A stretch of 64,000 bases of DNA. Source: a virus. Below are positions 57,928 through 64,000 of the stretch, one piece after another. Each line of letters opens with the position of its first letter. Within the stretch, counting starts at the first letter, position 1. The stretch spans positions 1 through 64,000 of the IMG/VR virus record IMGVR_UViG_3300002301_000012. One strand, written 5' to 3'. The translations under genes were made by a program, and so were the position numbers. The notes beneath the pieces were generated by a model. It was not told the DNA's origin and did not search any database. It was given only the letters and a program-made list of their open reading frames with translations.

Positions 57928-59559
57928 ATGTCAAGCCAAGCACTCGCAAGTCTGGCACTTCTCGGTAAATCTCTCGGCCAGGAGATGATGGCCACACTTC
58001 GAAAGGACGTCACGACTTCGGGGCTTAGCTCGACATCGCAGTTGTCGTACTACTACCTGGAACAGACGGCCAAGAACATCTACCCGGTGTTCTATCCGAT
58101 TCTGGCCAGCACGCCTCGTGTCTCGCCGGAATGGGGTGGCCAGCGCGTCGGTGGTACGTCGGTCAACTGGAAAGCAGTTGTTTCCATCGCCAATGGCGGT
58201 GCGCCGTGGACGTCGGAAGGCAACCGCAACGCCTACATGAACTTCACCACACGGAACTACACGGCGCAGCATAAGTCGTGGGGTCCGGACGTGAAGGTTA
58301 CGTTCTTCGCGCAGCAGGCTGGTCTCGGATTCGACTCGAATCTGGCCATCGCTCAGATGGGCGCACTGAACCAACTGCTCAACGACGAAGAGCGCATGAT
58401 TCTGTTCGGCAACAGCGGACCGGCCAGCGCAGGTGGTAATGGTTTTGCGCTCGGACAGTGCGCAACGCCGACACTGACTGCGGCCACAACCGGTGGCGCT
58501 CTTGCAAGCGGACTGACTTGCACAGTGTTTTGCGTCGAACTGACTGGCTGGGGCGTTCGCTATGCCGGCACGATTGCTTACGGGCTGGCTGGCGGTGGCC
58601 TTGGTAAGAGCGGCGTTCAGCTTCCGTTTACACGGACCAATGCGGACGGTTCTACCGACATCATCAACGGTGGCACTGGCATCGTATCAGCGACGTCTGC
58701 CGAAGTAACGACTGGCGGCAGCGGTAAGGCTTCGCTGACTGCGACTGTCGTTGGTTCTGTCGCAGCAATGGGCTGGGCCTGGTATCTGGACACCACGGAT
58801 GCCAGCGTTGGCAATCTGGCGAACGCTTATTTCGTCGGCACGACAACCGTTCCGACCATCACAATCACTGCCGTGCCTTCGACGTCAACCAATCAGGTTG
58901 GTAGCGCAACCGGCGCGAATGGAACCAGCCTGTCCACAGACAACTCGTGGAATACGCTGGACATCGACGGTATCACAACCTGGAACATCGGCACGCAGGG
59001 TTCTTCGCAGCCTGCGTATCTGGCGAACCTTCAGGGCGCCGGATGGACTTCGAACGGTGACGGAACCATTGCGGAAATCGAAACAGCGGCCAACTACCTC
59101 TGGCAGAATTACGAAATCTCCATCGACCAGATTTTCCTCGGTGGTGCTCTCATTCAGTCGTTCTCCCGCGCTATCTTCACCACAGGCAGCGGAACGGCCG
59201 GAGCACAGCGCATCATCATCGACCGCGATGCGGCTGGCGGCGTAACAGGTGGACAGATCGTTCGCGAATACGTCTGGAAGTACAGCAACACTGCACTCCA
59301 GAAAATCGTTCCGGTCCGCGCGCATCCGTGGCTTCCCGGTGGTGTCTGCATGTTGGACCTGACGACCAATCCGTACCCGGCTGCCGGTGGCGCAATTCCG
59401 GCTGTTCGTCGCATGGTCATGCTTGAAGACCACTTTGCGATTCGCTTCCCGTACGTCAACTTGCAGCATCAGCTTGGCACGTACGCATTCGGCACGCTGG
59501 AGCATTATCTGCCTTTCGGAGGCGGATTTATCACTGGCGTTGCCAACAAGGTCAACTAG
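57928..59559 (+). CDS. Major capsid protein
   Basis: Position after protease/scaffold; strong RBS; DEERMILFGN and VRAHPWLPGG motifs; 543 aa with a Thr/Gly-rich insertion. Confidence 0.78.
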   Translation: MSSQALASLALLGKSLGQEMMATLRKDVTTSGLSSTSQLSYYYLEQTAKNIYPVFYPILASTPRVSPEWGGQRVGGTSVNWKAVVSIANGGAPWTSEGNRNAYMNFTTRNYTAQHKSWGPDVKVTFFAQQAGLGFDSNLAIAQMGALNQLLNDEERMILFGNSGPASAGGNGFALGQCATPTLTAATTGGALASGLTCTVFCVELTGWGVRYAGTIAYGLAGGGLGKSGVQLPFTRTNADGSTDIINGGTGIVSATSAEVTTGGSGKASLTATVVGSVAAMGWAWYLDTTDASVGNLANAYFVGTTTVPTITITAVPSTSTNQVGSATGANGTSLSTDNSWNTLDIDGITTWNIGTQGSSQPAYLANLQGAGWTSNGDGTIAEIETAANYLWQNYEISIDQIFLGGALIQSFSRAIFTTGSGTAGAQRIIIDRDAAGGVTGGQIVREYVWKYSNTALQKIVPVRAHPWLPGGVCMLDLTTNPYPAAGGAIPAVRRMVMLEDHFAIRFPYVNLQHQLGTYAFGTLEHYLPFGGGFITGVANKVN

Positions 59560-59594
59560 TTCGTTTTCAACGGATTAACAGGAGAAATAAGGAA

Positions 59595-60944
59595 ATGTCA
59601 GTCAATCCAACACTCGCAAGCGAACTGGCTCAGGTATCGTCGCCAGGAACGTCGTACACAGTCAGTCAGCAGGCGCTGCTGTCGACCATCGAAAACCACA
59701 TCGCCAACGATATCGACCCGTTCGCTCTCGTTGCAAATCCGGCCAACTCGCAATCTGTTCTTGGCGCGCGTCTTCGCCTTAATGCGATGACCGCGCCGGT
59801 TGTAACGATCACTCCGGTCGGTGGCGCTGCCGGATCGCAAACGTACGTTGTGGTCGCAAAAATCAATTTGGCGAATCTTCTGCCAAGTGCGTCGGCGTCG
59901 ACATCGACCGGTCCAACTACGCTGTCTGCGACCACATACAACACGCTTACATGGCCTGTAGTCAACGGTGCCACGCAGTACGATGTGTACCGTACCTCGG
60001 GTGGTGCAACTCAAGGTCTCATCGCAGCCAATCTGACGTTCGCTTCTGGCGTGTCGCCGTCGTACAACGACATCGGCACAGCAGGAGACACAACCTCTGC
60101 TCCGACAATGACTGCTTTGTTCGCGTCCGCGACATTCGCGGATCTGAACTCCATCGGCATCGCAACGCCAACTCTGGTGTCCTCTGCTGTGATTGGCACA
60201 GCCGGATCGACCACATGGACCTATGTCGTGGTTGCCGATTCTTACGTCGGTAGCGCGGCAGCTGGTTCAACCTCGGTGACAACCGGTATCGCGACAATGG
60301 TCGCGGGCACCAGTTACAACCAGATCAGCTGGAACTATGTTGCCGGAGCCTATCAGTATCGGATATTCCGCACTGTCGCAGGCACTTCGCCAAGCACCAC
60401 AGGACTGATCGGAACTGTGGCGCAAATCGAACAGGCCACGTTCACATTCAACGACAACGCGCTGGCTGGCACTGCTTACACACCGCCAACCGGCAATACA
60501 ACCGGTTCTCTGGCCACAGCCTCCAATCTTTATGCGGCTGGCATCAGCCTTGTCAACGGCACATCGGCGCAGACTGCGGCTGCCGGAACCACACTTACAA
60601 CCGCAAACCTGTTGTGCAATACGATGCTTCGCTCTGGCGCCGCCGGCGTCAGTGACGCTACTCCGACCGCTGCCGCTATCGTGGCGGCGCTTGGCGGCGC
60701 GGGTGCTGCCAGCGGGACGGTAGGACCGGCTGTCAAGGTCGGCATGTCGTGGCGCTGGACGATTCGAAACGCCAACTCAGGCACTTTGACTATCACCGCT
60801 GGCAGCGGCGTGACTCTGGCTGCGGGAAACACGAACACAACGCCAACCGTCAACGCTCACGAATTTCTGATTGTTGTCACCAACGTGACGGCAGGCAGCG
60901 AAGCGGTCACGATTTATTCGAACGGTCCGTCCGGAGCGTACTAA
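59595..60944 (+). CDS. Virion decoration protein with two FN3/Ig-like repeats
   Basis: Repeated YVVVA...YN.(L/I).W..V.GA.QY.(V/I).RT units. Confidence 0.6.
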   Translation: MSVNPTLASELAQVSSPGTSYTVSQQALLSTIENHIANDIDPFALVANPANSQSVLGARLRLNAMTAPVVTITPVGGAAGSQTYVVVAKINLANLLPSASASTSTGPTTLSATTYNTLTWPVVNGATQYDVYRTSGGATQGLIAANLTFASGVSPSYNDIGTAGDTTSAPTMTALFASATFADLNSIGIATPTLVSSAVIGTAGSTTWTYVVVADSYVGSAAAGSTSVTTGIATMVAGTSYNQISWNYVAGAYQYRIFRTVAGTSPSTTGLIGTVAQIEQATFTFNDNALAGTAYTPPTGNTTGSLATASNLYAAGISLVNGTSAQTAAAGTTLTTANLLCNTMLRSGAAGVSDATPTAAAIVAALGGAGAASGTVGPAVKVGMSWRWTIRNANSGTLTITAGSGVTLAAGNTNTTPTVNAHEFLIVVTNVTAGSEAVTIYSNGPSGAY

Positions 60945-60986
60945 GCGCTTTTCGGATCGGACTCGCATTGGTGAAGTTTTCTCCCG

Positions 60987-61028
60987 ACGCGCGGGTTTTG
61001 GGGTGACCCGGCCCGCGCGTTAGTTTTT
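60987..61028 (+). terminator. Intrinsic terminator after the head genes
   Basis: ACGCGCGGG...CCCGCGCGT stem followed by TAGTTTTT. Confidence 0.65.
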
Positions 61029-61030
61029 GA

Positions 61031-61942
61031 AAGGAAAGGAAGTACAAGGCCATCGGCATCTTCGACATCCCGGCTGCTGCTCCATCGACATACGATCTTA
61101 CGGATGTCGCAAGCGTTACTGCGCTTGTAAATATCGGGACACCGACGCAATTCGCGATAACGGGCATAACGAACGCTGCAACCGCAGTTGTAACAAGCGC
61201 AGCAACAGTCCAAATCGGTCAGTATGTCGCCTTCCAGAACGTCGCCGGCATGACACAGATCAACGGACTAACGGGATTGGTTCTTTCGCTGGGAACCGGT
61301 ACGTTCACCGTTGCAATCAATACCACAGCGTTCGGAGCATATGTGTCTGGTGGTACGGTCTACGTTGCAAGCCAGGCACAGGCTATCGTGCAGGGTTTAA
61401 TCACATCTGCGAGCCTGCGGTTCCTGAATGACACTGGACGCACACTCGGCGCGAATGGGACCGGACCATACGCAGGAATCGACTCGTACACGGACACATA
61501 CGACGGCAACGATGGTATCAGGATGTTTCTTGTCAATGCGCCGATTGTGACCGTATCTTCGTTGGTGGTCGGCAACACAGCGATCAATCAAAGCCTGAAC
61601 TTCAACAGCGGAGGTTTCGTGATCGATGGAACCAAAGCCAGCTTGTCTATCCGGAATGGCGGCGGGACGACTGTAACGCTCGGTGCGCCTGGTTTTTATG
61701 GCACCTTCGGACCATATCCGCAGAGCGTCTTTGTGAGCTACACAGCCGGATACGCAATCACTCCGCAGGATATTTCCGACACGATCACGTACTTTGTCGC
61801 AGAAGTGTATCGCGGAAAGGATTGGCTCGGACAAGCCAGTCAGAATTTGGCAGAACTTGGAACGATCTCGTATCGAGCCTGGGATCAAAGTCCGCGAGTA
61901 AAGCACTGCGTCAGCAACTATAAGCGCTACGCCTTGGTGTGA
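61031..61942 (+). CDS. Head-tail adaptor (gp6/gp15-like) with a beta-rich insertion; start codon unresolved
   Basis: The frame is open from 61031. YDLTDVASV, LITSAS, YDGNDG, VSYTAGY..TPQDI and NYKR are adaptor motifs; the first ATG is only at 61250. Confidence 0.7.
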   Translation, partial: KERKYKAIGIFDIPAAAPSTYDLTDVASVTALVNIGTPTQFAITGITNAATAVVTSAATVQIGQYVAFQNVAGMTQINGLTGLVLSLGTGTFTVAINTTAFGAYVSGGTVYVASQAQAIVQGLITSASLRFLNDTGRTLGANGTGPYAGIDSYTDTYDGNDGIRMFLVNAPIVTVSSLVVGNTAINQSLNFNSGGFVIDGTKASLSIRNGGGTTVTLGAPGFYGTFGPYPQSVFVSYTAGYAITPQDISDTITYFVAEVYRGKDWLGQASQNLAELGTISYRAWDQSPRVKHCVSNYKRYALV

Positions 61943-61945
61943 ACT

Positions 61946-62422
61946 ATGCCGCTACCAGATTTTGAAATCACGACCGGACTCGATGCGCTTCAGGCGATGG
62001 CTGAACACAAGCTCGAAGTGTTTCAGCGTGCGGTTATCACTCACATCGACGACAACAACGCTGTGCTTCAGCAGAGGCTTCAGGAAGCCTATTCTGGCGG
62101 CGTTGTCAAACAGCGTTCAGGCAAGGCTGCACGTTCTGTGGAATCGATTACGGCGCATGTCGAAGGATTTAGCGTCACAGGTGAGGTTCACGCAGGCGGT
62201 GGCACCGCGCCATACGTGAGATATCTCGAAGAAGGCACGTCAGCGCATGACATCGTAGCAAAAGGCAAAGCTCTTGCATTTATCATGGGCGGCCAGCAGG
62301 TGTTTTTCAAGCGTGTTCATCATCCAGGCACACCGGCGTATCACATCGTTGAAAACACCTTCGATGCAATGAGAGATCAAATCATCGCAGATTTACAGTC
62401 GATTCCAGCGGAGGTTCTGTAA
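61946..62422 (+). CDS. Neck/tail-completion protein (HK97 gp10-like)
   Basis: APYVRYLEEGT...KRVHHPGT motif. Confidence 0.7.
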   Translation: MPLPDFEITTGLDALQAMAEHKLEVFQRAVITHIDDNNAVLQQRLQEAYSGGVVKQRSGKAARSVESITAHVEGFSVTGEVHAGGGTAPYVRYLEEGTSAHDIVAKGKALAFIMGGQQVFFKRVHHPGTPAYHIVENTFDAMRDQIIADLQSIPAEVL

Positions 62423-62423
62423 A

Positions 62424-62906
62424 ATGAACGTCTCGCGTGAGGCTGTATCTGTTGCGCTGTTTTCGCTGTTCACACCACTGCTGGCACCTGGCGGTCCGTT
62501 CGTGACTGTTTCTCGTCGGTATCCGACGAAGGCCACCATGGAAGACGCTCAGACGCAGCCAGCGCTGTATCTGGTGGAGGATGACGAAAACGATAACGAA
62601 GAGCAGATCTATTCGCAACAGAGATATTTGCTGCGGTTTAAGGTGGTCGTTCTCAGTCAGACACCTGACGACGGTATGACATCGGCCGGAACAATTCTCA
62701 ATCCTCTGCTGGATGCTGTGGATAACGCGATGAAGCTAACGCCGGCAGGAACGCCACTCAACGGCATGAAGCAAACGCTGTCAAACGTTGGCAGCCCTCC
62801 TTTGGTCGCGAATGCATGGATCAATGGCAGGGTGTTTAAGAATGCGGGCGTGCTCAGTGCGCAGAATTACGGAATTTTCAACGTCAGTGTAGTGACCGGA
62901 CAGTAA
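62424..62906 (+). CDS. Tail terminator protein
   Basis: Position before the tail tube; QPALYL...LNPLLDAVDNA...QTL pattern. Confidence 0.6.
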   Translation: MNVSREAVSVALFSLFTPLLAPGGPFVTVSRRYPTKATMEDAQTQPALYLVEDDENDNEEQIYSQQRYLLRFKVVVLSQTPDDGMTSAGTILNPLLDAVDNAMKLTPAGTPLNGMKQTLSNVGSPPLVANAWINGRVFKNAGVLSAQNYGIFNVSVVTGQ

Positions 62907-62938
62907 CGAAGTAAAACGGAAAAGGAGATCAAAATCGT

Positions 62939-63691
62939 ATGTATCAATTTGGTGATGGACTCATGTTCGTGGCTCCTGTGGGAGGCAACGAGGCGACCAA
63001 TCCTTCGCCGTCGCAATTGCTGACGGTCCAGAGTTTCAAATTCGACGTCAAGGTTACACTGGTGCCTCTGAAGGGGCAAAACCAGTTTCCCGATGACGTG
63101 GCACCGGGCGATAAAGAAGGGTCCGGATCTTTCGCCATCGGCAATAACCAAATCACGCAGGAGAACAATATTCTCTATGCCGATGCGCTGACAACAGGCA
63201 TTAAACAAGTGACGCAGCAAACGGCGGCTATTCCAGGTTCACCGTTTTCGATCACTGTGACCAACAGCGCCAACTTTTTCAAAGATCTTGGCGTGCGCAA
63301 CTCCGCGACAGGCGCATTTTTCCAAGCCGTGGCCAGCGGACCTACTGCTGGGCAGTATTCCGTCGCTGCTGGTGTGTATACATTTTCAACGGCAGACCAT
63401 ACTTCCGGTGTCAGTGTCATCATCAGCTATGCATGGACAGATTCCAGCGTCGGAAACACGCTGACGGTAAACAATCAACTGATGGGCTACGGACCAATCG
63501 TGGAAATCTGGTTCTCGGAAACCTATCAGAGCGTTTCAGGCAATCCGAACGGACTTCATCTGTTCAATTGCCGCATCGGATCGGTGAAAAAGGATATTAA
63601 GCGAGACGGCTATCTGGTGCCTGAATACGACTTCATGGCATATCCGAATTCGTCGAATCAGGTCTTCGAAGAGTTCCAGGTCGCCAACTAA
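62939..63691 (+). CDS. Major tail (tube) protein
   Basis: YQFGDG...LKGQNQFPDDVA...GQYSVAAGVYTF...NNQLMG; AAGGAG RBS; downstream hairpin. Confidence 0.75.
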   Translation: MYQFGDGLMFVAPVGGNEATNPSPSQLLTVQSFKFDVKVTLVPLKGQNQFPDDVAPGDKEGSGSFAIGNNQITQENNILYADALTTGIKQVTQQTAAIPGSPFSITVTNSANFFKDLGVRNSATGAFFQAVASGPTAGQYSVAAGVYTFSTADHTSGVSVIISYAWTDSSVGNTLTVNNQLMGYGPIVEIWFSETYQSVSGNPNGLHLFNCRIGSVKKDIKRDGYLVPEYDFMAYPNSSNQVFEEFQVAN

Positions 63692-63725
63692 ACTCGGTGT
63701 GGCGTAACAGACTCGGATTATCGCG

Positions 63726-63770
63726 CGGCGCACGCCTTTGTCACGAAGGACGTGCGCCGATTGCGTTTTT
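63726..63770 (+). terminator. Hairpin, possible terminator after the tail tube gene
   Basis: CGGCGCACG...CGTGCGCCG stem followed by a T run. Confidence 0.5.
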
Positions 63771-63797
63771 GGCTTATACTAATTGCAAAGAAAGATT

Positions 63798-64000
63798 ATG
63801 CAAATTACAAAAACAGTCGACCTTGGCAATGGCTGCCTGATTACTTTGGCATCGCTCACCTACGATCAAGTAGAGAAGTCTCTGGAACGTCAGAACCCGA
63901 CATCGTGGGGAGAGATGCGAGCCGTCGCCTGGGACGATATCGTAATGGGATTTCGAAACGTCGACGGCCAGCAGGACAAAACGAAGGAGGACATCAAAGA
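63798..64000 (+). CDS. Probable tail assembly chaperone, 3' truncated
   Basis: ATG at 63798, open to the window end; position after the tail tube gene. Confidence 0.45.
   Translation, partial: MQITKTVDLGNGCLITLASLTYDQVEKSLERQNPTSWGEMRAVAWDDIVMGFRNVDGQQDKTKEDIK

Noticed and set aside
1-64000. tRNA genes, integrase or att sites, and host taxonomy
   Set aside because: No cloverleaf or recombinase motifs were recognised by eye, and the host cannot be assigned without searches.

Overview
The window is a ~64 kb segment of a large tailed dsDNA phage or prophage (siphovirus-like) with both edges inside genes. No integrase, rRNA, tRNA or CRISPR array was seen. From left to right: (1) a DUF6745-like repeat protein and a putative lysis region with a lysozyme-type endolysin (1-5 kb); (2) a complete 3.09 kb IS1-family transposon with passenger genes, 17-bp inverted repeats and an 8-bp target duplication, which splits a small membrane-protein gene (6.4-9.5 kb); (3) a long leftward replication/recombination arm with an HTH replication initiator carrying internal iterons, a RuvC-like resolvase, an MBL nuclease, an SMC/SbcC-like ATPase and RecT; (4) leftward early-gene cassettes with near-consensus sigma70 promoters; (5) terminase small and large subunits; (6) an accessory block holding partial paralogues of the phage's own structural proteins; (7) a 1730-aa portal + 2H-phosphoesterase (Acb1-like) + MuF fusion with two inteins; (8) protease/scaffold, major capsid, decoration, neck and tail-tube genes. 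Five DNA methyltransferases are spread across the window. The most striking signals are two dual-coding homing-endonuclease elements and the block of portal, terminase, capsid and tail-tube fragments. One element is a MuF intein whose nuclease is encoded on the opposite strand across the intein. The other is a Dam-type methyltransferase with a stop-free 262-codon insert that hides an HNH gene in the +1 frame. All family assignments come from motif recognition by eye, not database searches.
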